Below are positions 38,401-45,165 of a stretch of 64,000 bases of DNA, piece by piece. Within the stretch, counting starts at the first letter, position 1, and each line of letters begins with the position of its first letter. The stretch covers positions 62,001 to 126,000 of the forward strand of contig JBGAIN010000003.1 in the NCBI GenBank assembly GCA_044225505.1. The letters run 5' to 3'. Under the pieces are notes generated by a model. It was not told the origin of the DNA. It saw only the letters and a list, made by a program, of their open reading frames with translations, and searched no databases. The stretch comes from Limisphaerales bacterium. Its GTDB lineage: Bacteria > Verrucomicrobiota > Verrucomicrobiia > Limisphaerales > SIBE01. Made by a program: the position numbers and the translations under genes.

Positions 38401-39431
38401 GCGAGATCCTCCGCCTTGGTATCCTGAGGGAAATAGATCCGCACGTCACCCGCCCCGGCGCCATCCTTATCTTCAAATTTGGAAATCAGTTCCTCGGCCA
38501 ACCCGATGCGCTCGCGCGGGCCGAACAAGACTAACGTTCGGGAAGCATCGTCATAGACAGCGGTGACGTATTCGTTGGGATCTGGAGGAAGAGTATCCAA
38601 TTGCTTGGTCTGCTGATTGAATTGGGTCCGCTTCGGCGCTGTGGTTGCCCCAAAAGTCCGATTGATCAAATCCGAGACGACCGCCCCGGAGGCGTGCAGC
38701 AACGTGAATGACTTCATTTGGCGTTCCGCCACGGTCTGGCTGTCGATCATGGTCAGGAGACTGCGCACGCGCTGAATATTCGCCAGCCGGTCCGTAACAA
38801 TCAGCCCTCGGCCGCGGGACAAGGGTGCCACAGAACCAGCGTTCGATAGCATCGACGTCACTCCGTCCGCAGCCTCCTTGGCGTCCAGGTTCTTGAGATC
38901 CAGAACGACGGTCACGATTTCGCCAGGACGCACATCCCCCGTTTTTTCGAGGCCTCGCAGGATCCTGACGGGCATTTGTGGAATCTGCTTTAGCGGCACG
39001 AGACGCAGGTAGTGATCTGATTCGATGAGGGTCATATCCTTCATCGAAAGCATCAGATTGAGAGTATCGAGCGCTTCCTGATAGGTGTAAGGGTTTGGAT
39101 CGTTGAAGCTAACGGTTCCTTGGAGATTGGTATCGGCGACCAGAGGCTTATTGGCCATCTGGGCAAAGCGCTCTAGCATATCGGCATAGGGGATTCCTTC
39201 GAATTGAAAGCGAATGTTGCGCACGGTGCTGGAGGCGTTTAGCGCACTAGCACTGGCGGTCGAATTCTCGGCCTCCTTCACCGAAGAAGACAGCACTGCG
39301 GAATTCGTGGTCGACGCCGCCAATGCAGATGCACTGGCATTGGGTTGGGCCGAACTTGGGACTTCGGCGCAAAAACCCAACCTTGCCGCCATACAACCTG
39401 CCAGGACCAAGGTAACTTTGATTCTATTCAT
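26457..39431 (-). CDS. gspD: Giant secretin (GspD-like), 4324 aa: N0, about 47 Secretin_N (NolW-like) repeats, C-terminal secretin domain
   Basis: N0 (IRFQFEGIPY...GTVSF). Repeated R.F.L..A.A...V..D.RSNSLIV.G...I.QLD units. Secretin domain PQVLIQVLLAEV, LSRPQILTADNKPATINIG, ILIGGLI, KVPYLGDIPGLGVLF, ELLILLTPQV. Confidence 0.93.
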   Translation of the reverse strand: MNRIKVTLVLAGCMAARLGFCAEVPSSAQPNASASALAASTTNSAVLSSSVKEAENSTASASALNASSTVRNIRFQFEGIPYADMLERFAQMANKPLVADTNLQGTVSFNDPNPYTYQEALDTLNLMLSMKDMTLIESDHYLRLVPLKQIPQMPVRILRGLEKTGDVRPGEIVTVVLDLKNLDAKEAADGVTSMLSNAGSVAPLSRGRGLIVTDRLANIQRVRSLLTMIDSQTVAERQMKSFTLLHASGAVVSDLINRTFGATTAPKRTQFNQQTKQLDTLPPDPNEYVTAVYDDASRTLVLFGPRERIGLAEELISKFEDKDGAGAGDVRIYFPQDTKAEDLAQMIRQAVPGVAAPNDTAAAAATKARLIVDSAQNRLIVAAPILGQLDAIETLINKVDKPVHGTGSGSLRSQSIQVTKVFRPRNSDAASLGKILSDALSKRIPGGSKISTANVTVEPSSQSVVVTGSPGDVQTALDIISQLENGSAFPAPQQTKLIDVGTIAEAKRLQPLIEQIYRSQISDSVGGQTAHAKILADAETGRLIVTASEEHLRKIEEIIKQLKTEKAQPQLRSLQMVALKHLRVDSAISSITNLVAERMNDKRFEDLAKPLILPDSNNNRLLVTATESQFKEIAQVVEAIDVGPEKGQREMRVIPVQSKSASDLIALTSQLMSQLGEGQANPQSAPKLIPDASGKQIIVLATPQDLVRVTDLLQRLDSASVSATSRQFKGVELFSRNAAEMTPLVQQLYQEQLKGQPEPAGGPAALLAETKNNRIMVSGSDKEIARVESIIRQLDPEGRKGTKDETRVIRLKAAVAADLAGLVEKSLSAQAQQVKVLVDTRSNSLVITGESAAVEAAAQIIQQLDTQSDVSPRELRLIELKSAEANTVAPMVTSLFTEMIRDQRGPDYKPQTKIVPDATGNRLIVTGSKDELKTVASLVEQLDQVPETAGMARVFKLAFADASTMVSVVSNAMVRFDARNRPIRLVSVSADEKSNSLIVSGSRVDLQDAQAIIERLDGEGVEKGRSLKVIDVATDDAEGLAATAMRVFTAQNANRNVAAVVTITPEPSGKRLIVLAPASMISQVETVIATLDAKPDQGARELQTVELKTASAQKILPTVRRIYGEQNQGKVVKPASIYPDSTGTRLLVYGTKDQGAAVHQIVDTMISSTAQVRETRAFDVGRAEDVQRLVPLVQQLYQEQWKEKGDSDPADAQILGDARSGRLMVTGKPDHIKQIEVILNQLTSGKPHAGARESRIFELTTASAGELANTVRTLYQDEARSRLGTVTPDILILPDSASNRLIVSGESEEVAAVEAIIQKLDKVSAQSGTVRVFKLKYADPTKVLEVLGNALTSYDSYGRARRRVGVTSDAKTRSIIVAGDPKELQSLQNAAIIIEQLDNALGQQAERKIKVLTLKQAKVADMMPKIRQLYNDQLASKPDLAATDVLMLEDTPGNQLILAGSEAQLALVEQIATDLQSAQVQKGPRETKLIEIGQTDEMQRLLPLVQQLYREHWRDRSVGDPADAQIVADSRNARFIVTARTNHLSEIEAIVQQLRAGNTDLAARETRIYDLTTATAMELAVTVRSLYQEQAKNRPNVRLEDTAILPDASANRLIVTAVTHELALVEDIIKKLDKVSAQSASVRVFKVKSAEPDKVAEILSNALVSYDAYGRPRKRVSVSVDPKSRTIIAAGDPKELQGVSVIIDQLDSTLGGQPERRMKVLPITSGKVAEILTKVRALYDDQVKAQPELSTSDVLMLDDSTSNQLILAGTEKQLNLIEGIVTQLMTSAMVLDARETRVYELTSTAAPELAITVKALYQEAMKAHPTPPSSQALLLPDANANRLIVSATTNDLHIIDEIIQKIDKTEAQTGRTRVFKLKSAEAPQVATILSTALVQIGANGRSTPRVSVGSDLQNNLLIVSGAPQDLQSAAVIVEQMDAMLAKEPRQMRVLALKSGLASELATRVKQLYQDQLKGKAKTSPADAIIMGDDISSRLIIAAGESHMKLIEGIVSQLQEVAEGTGRQMRVLSLQRNSATSVAAMISQLFGRQVSSQDPSLRLAVSASGDDRTVVLEATAPLLERVEQLVKALDGEESLGKVELRTYQMPEGNATDLAPTLARLFSEKAGQSVPSGLAPRFEADAAANVLMVAATKEQFVQIDKLIEELKNTARVASEIRTFKLQNGEPAQIAEVLQSMLTDGDAPQPGQPRQRRMQWRPGVGLMPIADAKTVRVAPARSLNAVVVQGPPEKLALAEKIIQTLDRDEVDSRTVIQTVRLKKAHAENVADAVSKTIASKGPQTRLQRVTVTPVIGPNSVLVNGPSDAVQDVMQVIRDLDQESEDDEIKVRIYKLENGNAHEISTVIQQLLQNITRGQQRLRASLTAGAGTPARLIQPSVSVDERSNSLVMSGTQAHFKVVEQLLSTLDKVPDRAERDVQFVWLRNAKAFDVASKLDAVFAGRSEGDKPVIDSDIFNNSITVIGKHADIIQVQDLIARLDESSKDTSIQVRLRPLDRVPVEQMARMLQNIYPQMSTGLIRVVEKIEAAAKPDKTRSSTVPSPNRSGTLQPSAQDSAPENKAPAEDSLPEVVVAVDKTANALILSGPTHELDQIDHILSELSFSYVSSDAEFRVFPLKEADPVVMARTLSDLFRPEQLQLQQQQQLQQQQQQMQRPGEIRVLTQTPKVTAVAEPRTRSVIVRAKPTDFTLMESLIKQLDVAGVSSQLEFRVVSLTNAPPQKVAPLVQQMVAQLNIIRPGEPLSVTPDPRAHGLFVVARDAVLKQVEGMIHSLDTPASYSEAQVLVVSLKKANASQLATVIQTMLKPGAQGEATTEARELQEQIRLLRIKNDEGKEVVLDLTKPIRVMGDPVGGGQGGGNRLVLSSTPDNLKALAAVVEMMDSVPVAEGVSIKLVHLQFADAATVSQTLNTVFSQGQRLANGPVGRAEPEGTTGKALVNPLNIAIDERSNSVILSGQRESLDLAQKVINDLDRKVDRFITEVKLFKLKHASARRLAPLLQSVFAEGPSVPGTEGLATQVTRLRAVLPDEKAPVTEQPKSRSALVIQADDTTNVMIVAARSDNLPLIEAVINQLDIPSASGMANVRVYALEHADPAVVQKIIMDLHSGPRASQLRTEDIPNITVDDRTQSLIVAGNQKAFAFIDGLMAQLDRVLPLELRDVRIIPLQNADAGAVSGSLQRLLDARVTQKAALGRQQAEALRVLVIPETRSNSLLVAGSNDSFELVESLARELDAAPPALSGRIRLIPLAYADARSMSASLINLFNQRYQAARSPDTQRNRPVIVADPRSNSLLVAAGVDDNQTIDELVSRLDQHLDDPSMVLTVLGLRHNNSTTVASTLENIFAARLRSRTVPGQPPSPQDQIKVEPDSLNNSLIISASRENLELIVGLLQKIDVEPAVNEGVVQAFTLQYADAQRVANMLRSLIQQGLYRPGSGGARGDAPREAMAITVDPRSNTLVVSASPENLMVIKEVIRQMDTKDFVQGGNIRVYPLKHARASSLATVLEQFFRARRASEAGGTAAERSIPVTVVADDRVNALLITGGKESFDVIDRMIEQLDGEDIQARMNFRVFVLKQVTAAKLQSTLQRLFANRPSRIKGEPPEPISVVADSWVNALIVGASIDDMSMVASLIERLDSDQAQMGVTVQVFPMAKADARRVAQVVQGLYREGGPGGAFPVTVTPDERMNAIVVSAGESDLKRIADLVKKLDTDQVGRVSEVRIFPLQHARADSVSSILNQALNTKPVALNDQSPNTASLLQFIARATDGREIVASALKEGVLITPDVRMNALVVSAPVDYMNLLEQIISRLDSSSPQQAKIKVFTLINADARLMSDLLMTLFRLQPGGVASSQRAIQYTLVKEKASPQNTLDDGPEAHEEVEVGSATVGTDEQGALHVTVDQRTNSLLVGGTEHYVALVSEIIQALDSSEAQERKSEVYRLKNAQALDIATAVRTFLDQDRQRITQVLGQDAVGTAQRMLEREVAIVAETNSNTLLLSASPRYFAQVKELIVSLDQPRPQVLIQVLLAEVTLDSTRDLGVEWNVSKMVENAKLASGTAFGVPGDLKSFGGFSAAVTGSDYGFLIRALQNDGRLEILSRPQILTADNKPATINIGQRVPLVSNSSVTPQGGIVNAIDYQNVGVNLQVTPRIGADGAVRMEISTTNSALTSSSVAIPSGADGSTVNMPIINERRASTSVSVQSGQSILIGGLIETIEDNRIKKVPYLGDIPGLGVLFRSKTKVTNRKELLILLTPQVLLMGTEPGRVEGLDEMTRQQLERSSIRDQIQRDDFRDRLLEPLYPNGLQKSTTAPSKKKTRH

Positions 39432-39484
39432 GACGATCGATTCTCAGGCTCACTTAATTCAGACGGTCAAACTGCTGCTTTAAA

Positions 39485-40495
39485 TCACATTTTTCTGGCG
39501 CCGGCTCCGGCATCGAGCTTCGGAGTTAGGTCCGGCAGTTCGTTCGCCGCCAAACGCCGCTTGTCAGCCAGGGTCTGGCCCCGCTCCACGGCCCAGTACT
39601 CATCACCCACCTTCAAGATCAGCCGGCTGAAAGATTTCAACCCTTCATTTCCAGGCATCGGCATCGGACGATAGTCCACCATCGCAATGGTGCCATCTCC
39701 GAGTTTGTCCCCCAGCTTGTAACGCACGGTTTGCTGATGCGTAATATCCCGAATGTGCACTTCCGGCTGTCCTCCCCATTCAGAAAGCGAAACTACTCGT
39801 AGACTTGCGGGTCCAGCCGGCTCGGATGGATTCTCGGATCCGGGAACTGGTCTGTCAGCGGGCCGCTTGATATAAGGCCGCAGCAGATCGCGCGCAGCAA
39901 TGCCATCCAATAGATGGCGCTCCGGTCCATCCAAGTTGGCTTTGACCGGCAGATCGATCGGATCGACTAGGGGAGCAGGATCCACGACCAATGTGAGAAA
40001 GCGAAAGCCCACTCGGACCTGCCCGGGAAGCTCGCTCGCGGAGACAGAAAGGTTTTCGATACGGTGGAGATATGGCGAATTCTGCAGGAGGAACATCAGG
40101 TTGACCACACCGGTCAATTTGCCTTGTCCCTGGATGCTCCACCCGATTTCGCTAGCCCCTCGCAACCGGCGCGGTCCAACGGGCATTCGGCTGAAATCGA
40201 TTTCGGTCAGGCCGCTGATCAGAATCTGTTTGGTAAGCATTTCGCCAGATTTGGCGCTGGCCTGGTCGATCTGGTCCGAGAATGTGCGTTGGGTCAGACG
40301 CTTCACATTCTCTTCCGCCGCAAAGTAAGCGCGGCGCTCCGCCTTTACCTTGTCGAGTTTCTCGCGCAGGGCCGCGTTCCGCTTATCGATTTCCCGAAGC
40401 GGCTTCAACATCACAGCTCGAATGCCGAATACCGCGACGAACAGCCCCAAGATGCTCCCCACAACCACCAACAGCTTTTTCTCGCGTGCGTTCAC
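39485..40495 (-). CDS. GspM/PilO-like inner-membrane platform protein with additional C-terminal domain (possibly GspC-like)
   Basis: MNAREKKLL plus TM plus coiled coil plus ferredoxin-like stretch (LHRIENLSV). Then RDLLRPY, a Pro linker and a beta domain (VRYKLGDKL). Confidence 0.65.
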   Translation of the reverse strand: MNAREKKLLVVVGSILGLFVAVFGIRAVMLKPLREIDKRNAALREKLDKVKAERRAYFAAEENVKRLTQRTFSDQIDQASAKSGEMLTKQILISGLTEIDFSRMPVGPRRLRGASEIGWSIQGQGKLTGVVNLMFLLQNSPYLHRIENLSVSASELPGQVRVGFRFLTLVVDPAPLVDPIDLPVKANLDGPERHLLDGIAARDLLRPYIKRPADRPVPGSENPSEPAGPASLRVVSLSEWGGQPEVHIRDITHQQTVRYKLGDKLGDGTIAMVDYRPMPMPGNEGLKSFSRLILKVGDEYWAVERGQTLADKRRLAANELPDLTPKLDAGAGARKM

Positions 40496-42246
40496 GAGCG
40501 ACCTCCAGGGGTGCCTGGTTTCCGTTTCGGGTCGAGCGATCCATCATCAGCAGGGCGCGCTGGCGTTTGGACCTTGCCTAGATCCACCTTCATCTTGGCC
40601 GGGACGATCAATTCCACCGTGGATCGGAAGTTATAGCCGTGCCGATCGCTGCCAGGGGTGATGGCTAAGGGTTTAACTTCGTAGCCCGCCGCCCGAAGTT
40701 GTCGATCGAGATTGGCGAGAATCTCGCCGCTCCGCGCCTGAACGGCCAAATGGATATTACCTTGTCCACTCACCGAGATCGAGGTCAGGTAAAGGTCTTC
40801 GCTCCCTGGCAGAACGGCGCTGAGGTAAGCGTATTGCTCGAGCCAATTGCGTCCATCCTTCGACCAGTTCTGCAGCGTTGCCGCCTGCTGCTGCATGCGC
40901 CGAAAGATCGGAACTTTCTTTTCGTTGTCCGCAAGTTCTTTCTGCAATTCGCGGCTGACGGCCAGCCGTTTATGAATAAAGTGGCTTCGAGTGGCCATGA
41001 GGGCGATGAACGCCACCAACCCCAGAGTCGCAAAGGCCAATGTTCGAATCCGTTTCGTATTCCGCTGCACGGCCGGCCGTTTTGGACTTAGGAAATCAAA
41101 CGGCAACCCGGTGGTATCGTTGATCCCAAGCGCCAGTCCGAGTGCGCCAATCGAACCCGCTACGTGCTGACGACCGCCAGAAGGCAGGTCCACGCCACGG
41201 GGTTCCGGCAAAAGTTCGCAGGTCAGATTGAGTCTTCGCTGCAAGACCTCCAGCAATCGGGTTTCTTGTCCCGTGGCTCCCGCGATCACCACTCGGCTGA
41301 CCGGTCGGTCTCGTTCGGTTCCATTGTAACTATGCAGACTCCGGACAACTTCGATGGTCGTGAGCTCGACGGCATCCGGTTCGACCACCGAACCCAAGGC
41401 ACGAGTGGCCGCTGCGCTAGAGTCCGGAGCCGCGTCCCCGGGTTTTGTAGCATTCGGCTCGTTTTGAATGGCTTGCAGTCGAGCCCCGCGGCTGAAACGC
41501 AGCACCCCCCCAGCCACGATGTCAATCCCAACCTCGTCCGGGCGGACGGAAACCAAAGCCACCGCTCCTGCGTCCGGAGCGATTCCGCAAGCGTCAACCC
41601 AACGCGCATGCGCCTGAGATAGCCAACCCAGCGCCACGAGCTTGACCTTCGCCGCCGCCGCAATCTGGGTAAACAGATCAACCGTCTCTTGCCGGACAGC
41701 AGCAACGAGAACTTCGACCTTCGGGGCACTCGCCGCCCCATCCGAACTCTCGTTTGCGCCGGGCGCTCCGTTTCCCGTCCCGCGCCCCTCCGACCGCTGG
41801 CCCCGGTTTACCACCTGAAAATCGATGACCGCTTCGTCCAGACGGAAAGGCAATTCCTTACCGATCTGCAAATGGACGATCGACGCCATTTCGCGCACAT
41901 CTGTGATGTCAGGGAGTGTGAGCGTACGCAACACGACCAACTGCCGGGGAATTCCCATCACGACTTGCGATGGTTTCAAGCGAAGATCGTCAAGAACTGC
42001 CGCGGCGGCTTTACCCAATGCTTCCGGATTAGGAGCTGCGCCCGGATTATCTAGATCAAGTTGGCCCACTTCGATTCGGGTGATCGCGGTGGCACTGCCC
42101 CGAGGTGCGCTTTGCACAATACGCAGCGTCTGACCTTCGATGTCCAATGCCGTGATTGGACCAGGCCGGCGGACGTTCTGCTGCCGCCGAAACCCAAAGT
42201 TCAGGGCTTTGCGAGATGGGGCCGTGATCGCTGGGGCTTCAGGCAT
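40492..42246 (-). CDS. GspL-like PilM-PilN fusion protein
   Basis: Actin-like start ITALDIEG, VLRTLTLP, LPF..DEAVIDF, FDFLSP, one TM, coiled coil, PilN-like LYLTSISV. Confidence 0.75.
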   Translation of the reverse strand: MPEAPAITAPSRKALNFGFRRQQNVRRPGPITALDIEGQTLRIVQSAPRGSATAITRIEVGQLDLDNPGAAPNPEALGKAAAAVLDDLRLKPSQVVMGIPRQLVVLRTLTLPDITDVREMASIVHLQIGKELPFRLDEAVIDFQVVNRGQRSEGRGTGNGAPGANESSDGAASAPKVEVLVAAVRQETVDLFTQIAAAAKVKLVALGWLSQAHARWVDACGIAPDAGAVALVSVRPDEVGIDIVAGGVLRFSRGARLQAIQNEPNATKPGDAAPDSSAAATRALGSVVEPDAVELTTIEVVRSLHSYNGTERDRPVSRVVIAGATGQETRLLEVLQRRLNLTCELLPEPRGVDLPSGGRQHVAGSIGALGLALGINDTTGLPFDFLSPKRPAVQRNTKRIRTLAFATLGLVAFIALMATRSHFIHKRLAVSRELQKELADNEKKVPIFRRMQQQAATLQNWSKDGRNWLEQYAYLSAVLPGSEDLYLTSISVSGQGNIHLAVQARSGEILANLDRQLRAAGYEVKPLAITPGSDRHGYNFRSTVELIVPAKMKVDLGKVQTPARPADDGSLDPKRKPGTPGGRS

Positions 42247-43891
42247 GCTTAAATTCCTGTCTTAGAGTTCTGGACCGGTTCCCGCGTGATGCCTTGAGTG
42301 GATTTCCGAGTGGCGCGCGAAGGCTCGACGAGGTTGCGCCCGAGGCGGCCCGTTCGCGGACCGGCTGGGAGAATCTCGTCGTGCCGATCGCTTCGAACCG
42401 ACGGTTCTGCCCCGCCCCAGTGCGGCTGGAAGCACTGAGCTTTTCGGAGGAACCGATTTCCGACTCTGTATTCGAATCGATCCGAAAGGGCAAACCCAAG
42501 CGCGTGATGTCGCGCAGGTAAATAATGGCAGGCTGCTGCCCTGCCACATCGAAAATGGTTTCGAGCACGCGGTAACGTCCTGAAGGAACCCCGTAGCCGA
42601 CCACATGGCAATGAAACTGGAAGGCGCGCGCCGTTACGTAAGGACTCAATTTCTTGAACTGGCTGCTATCGACCAATCCTTCTTGGTACAGCCAAGCCGA
42701 GGTCTGACGCTGCTCCGGTCTGAGATTGCGCCGGGCGGCCACAAAGGAATCGGCCAAAGCCTCGTCCATTCCCGGAAGCGTCTTGAGCACAGCGGCGGAA
42801 GCCGTGTTGACATTGATCAACCCGGGCTGGCGCAACTCGCTCTGAGTCGTGTAATGGTCGAGAACGAGCGGCAGTTGCTCCTTGCCGACACCCGATTCGA
42901 GTTCGACCTCTTTCCCTTCCTCATTCTTGAATTTCCCTTTGGCTTCAAGGAGGTCGGCAGGTTGCTCGACTTTGACCTGATGGCGCTGCATGGCTTCAAG
43001 ATACGTGACGAGCGCCGGCGGGATCTCGTAGGTCCCCATTTTGGACGAGCCTTTTGACTCCGGCGTGGGTTCATTGAGATTGACGCGCGGGGCCTTGTTG
43101 TTGTCCTGGTTGAGATCGTACGATTTGACCGTCAAGTAGGGGCGCACTCCGCAGTCGAGCTTTCCATCTTTGTTATCAGGAGGAAACTGCGCGTCGGCGT
43201 CGTCTTCATTTGCGTCCAAAAGGAAGTTCCAATTGGCATCCTCGCCATACAACAGGGCGGGCGTAAAGCCGCGGACGAGAAGCAACTCATCGAGCGTGGC
43301 GAGTGGGCCATTGGCAATTCGGTAAGGAGTGGGAAGGGCGCTGTAATACTCCTGTTCGGCACCTTCCGGTCGGGGCGTGTCGTCGCTATCCAGAAAATCG
43401 AGCAAGCCTTCCACCAAATAGGGAGTCATCCGTGGCAGCTTTTCGAGCATCTCAGCCGTCGCCTCATTCAGATTGAGCTTGCTGGCTTCATCGGTAAGCC
43501 CAAATCGCACTTCATCGCGGTCCGCTTCATTCCGACTGTAGACCGAGTAGTACCAGCGGTCTGATCCTTCATCCACAACCAATCGATTCCGAAGCAGGGT
43601 TGGATTATCCTGCCAATCGAGCGACCCAGCCGGACTGTTCGCTGCCAGTTGCATGGCTTGATAGACGCCGCTCATAGCGGCCGACCAGGCCTGCTCCGTC
43701 CCAGCCCCTGCGACCATGGCCGTTTCTTCCGCATGCAGCCGGAAGAGGAGGCTGACGACAACCATCGAAGCCAGCATCACGACAATCAGGACGGCCACCA
43801 GCACAAAACCGGACTGCTTCCGCTGTTTCAAAGATCGTCCACCGACGAACGCTTGCCTCCCACCGGTGAAATGGTTTGGGCGTAAAATCAT
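42239..43891 (-). CDS. gspK: Type II secretion minor pseudopilin GspK
   Basis: G|FVLVAVL without Glu5, DEASKLNLN, GAEQEYY, ELLLVRGF, INVNTAS...LPG. Confidence 0.9.
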   Translation of the reverse strand: MILRPNHFTGGRQAFVGGRSLKQRKQSGFVLVAVLIVVMLASMVVVSLLFRLHAEETAMVAGAGTEQAWSAAMSGVYQAMQLAANSPAGSLDWQDNPTLLRNRLVVDEGSDRWYYSVYSRNEADRDEVRFGLTDEASKLNLNEATAEMLEKLPRMTPYLVEGLLDFLDSDDTPRPEGAEQEYYSALPTPYRIANGPLATLDELLLVRGFTPALLYGEDANWNFLLDANEDDADAQFPPDNKDGKLDCGVRPYLTVKSYDLNQDNNKAPRVNLNEPTPESKGSSKMGTYEIPPALVTYLEAMQRHQVKVEQPADLLEAKGKFKNEEGKEVELESGVGKEQLPLVLDHYTTQSELRQPGLINVNTASAAVLKTLPGMDEALADSFVAARRNLRPEQRQTSAWLYQEGLVDSSQFKKLSPYVTARAFQFHCHVVGYGVPSGRYRVLETIFDVAGQQPAIIYLRDITRLGLPFRIDSNTESEIGSSEKLSASSRTGAGQNRRFEAIGTTRFSQPVRERAASGATSSSLRAPLGNPLKASRGNRSRTLRQEFKHA

Positions 43892-44649
43892 AAGGCGTCC
43901 CCCGATTCGGAGGAACGATCCGCAGCTTCACGCCCGCTACGCCTGGATTGGCTGGAAGTTTCCCGGGCAATATAGATGACCCGGCGAAAAACCTCCGCTT
44001 CGTACTCGTGCATGTCCGCCCCGACTGGGAGCGGCTCGGCGCCCAATTGCACTTCGACGCTGACCGGCGACCCAGGCGCAGACCAGCGGTCCAGCCAGTT
44101 CGTTCCGCTCCAATAGCGGAATTGCAGGAATCGGATCTCCGGCAGGACGGTCGGCAAATTCGCCGCGGAAACGGAGTTGGTACCTTCATCTTCCGTTGCC
44201 GCCCGGGCCTCGACGAGGCTGACAACGGGCTCTTCCGTCCGGACAAGCCCCGTGATGTTCGTGCCGTCGTCGCTTTCCAAACGGTACTGAATCCGTTTTA
44301 GGTCTGTCACGGGGGCCGCCGAGCGGCCAAGCGTGCCGCCTATCCAGCTGGCAAAGGACGGCACATCGGCCTTGAGGAATTGCAGTGAGTTGGATCGTCC
44401 GACGAATCCGGCGCCGGCGTAGGATTCGAGCTGAATCGTTCGCAATTCGCTTGTGATGCGGTCCATCACGAGGCGCGCCGCGGCAAGTCGTTCGGTTTCC
44501 TGAATCGCTTCGCTGCGGAGGTTGGTAGCCTGCTGATAGAAATAAAGGAGCACGACGAGAATGCCCAAGGCGATGACAATCGCGAGCACAACCTCCACCA
44601 GCGTGAACGCTCGAGTGCGTTTGCGAGTGGTAGAGTGAGGCAGGTGCAT
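43888..44649 (-). CDS. Minor pseudopilin, GspJ-like
   Basis: A|FTLVEVVLA, LQFRYW...W..W, and position before gspK. Confidence 0.8.
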   Translation of the reverse strand: MHLPHSTTRKRTRAFTLVEVVLAIVIALGILVVLLYFYQQATNLRSEAIQETERLAAARLVMDRITSELRTIQLESYAGAGFVGRSNSLQFLKADVPSFASWIGGTLGRSAAPVTDLKRIQYRLESDDGTNITGLVRTEEPVVSLVEARAATEDEGTNSVSAANLPTVLPEIRFLQFRYWSGTNWLDRWSAPGSPVSVEVQLGAEPLPVGADMHEYEAEVFRRVIYIARETSSQSRRSGREAADRSSESGDAL

Positions 44650-44663
44650 AAACTCGTGATTCG

Positions 44664-45131
44664 CTAGCGCGTTGGGCTCTCTTTGGAGAGAGGCGCTGCG
44701 GAACCTTCCTCGGTACGCAAGCTCTGGGTCATTCGGTAGATCAATCCCGACGGAGCATGGCGAATAATGACTTCGACCTGTCGCAACGGCGAAGCATCAT
44801 CCTCGCCCGGTGCTTGGGGCGCCACGGAGACTTCCCAAGTCCAGCCGTCGATCGGAGGTTCGAACGGTTGCGGTCCGCTCAGCGTCCACGTCTTGACGCC
44901 CATTTGCAGTTCGGACATGACGGTGACTGCCAAATCTGCAGCATGAGTGTTAGCCCGCAGGCGCTCGACACTATCCAAGGACGAACTTAAACCTCCGGAA
45001 AGGACGGCCGCGGCGCCGACAAAAAGGACTAACGCCAAAACGACTTCGAGCAGAACCGCTCCTGACCGGCCTGTCGAAGGCGGCCAGAAGTCGCAATGGC
45101 TAACCCGGTTCTTTCTCAACGCTAGGCACAT
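44664..45131 (-). CDS. Minor pseudopilin, GspI-like
   Basis: G|AVLLEVVLALVLF (Glu5), WTWEVSV, LRQVEVII. Start moved to ATG 45131. Confidence 0.75.
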   Translation of the reverse strand: MCLALRKNRVSHCDFWPPSTGRSGAVLLEVVLALVLFVGAAAVLSGGLSSSLDSVERLRANTHAADLAVTVMSELQMGVKTWTLSGPQPFEPPIDGWTWEVSVAPQAPGEDDASPLRQVEVIIRHAPSGLIYRMTQSLRTEEGSAAPLSKESPTR

Positions 45132-45165
45132 GTGCTGAGACAGCTCGGCGAATGCGGCCGGGCCG

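Noticed and set aside
26457..39431. Giant secretin as an assembly artefact
   Set aside because: Repeats are strongly diverged in DNA, the frame is intact, and the only N gap is 1.6 kb away. Read mapping is still advisable.
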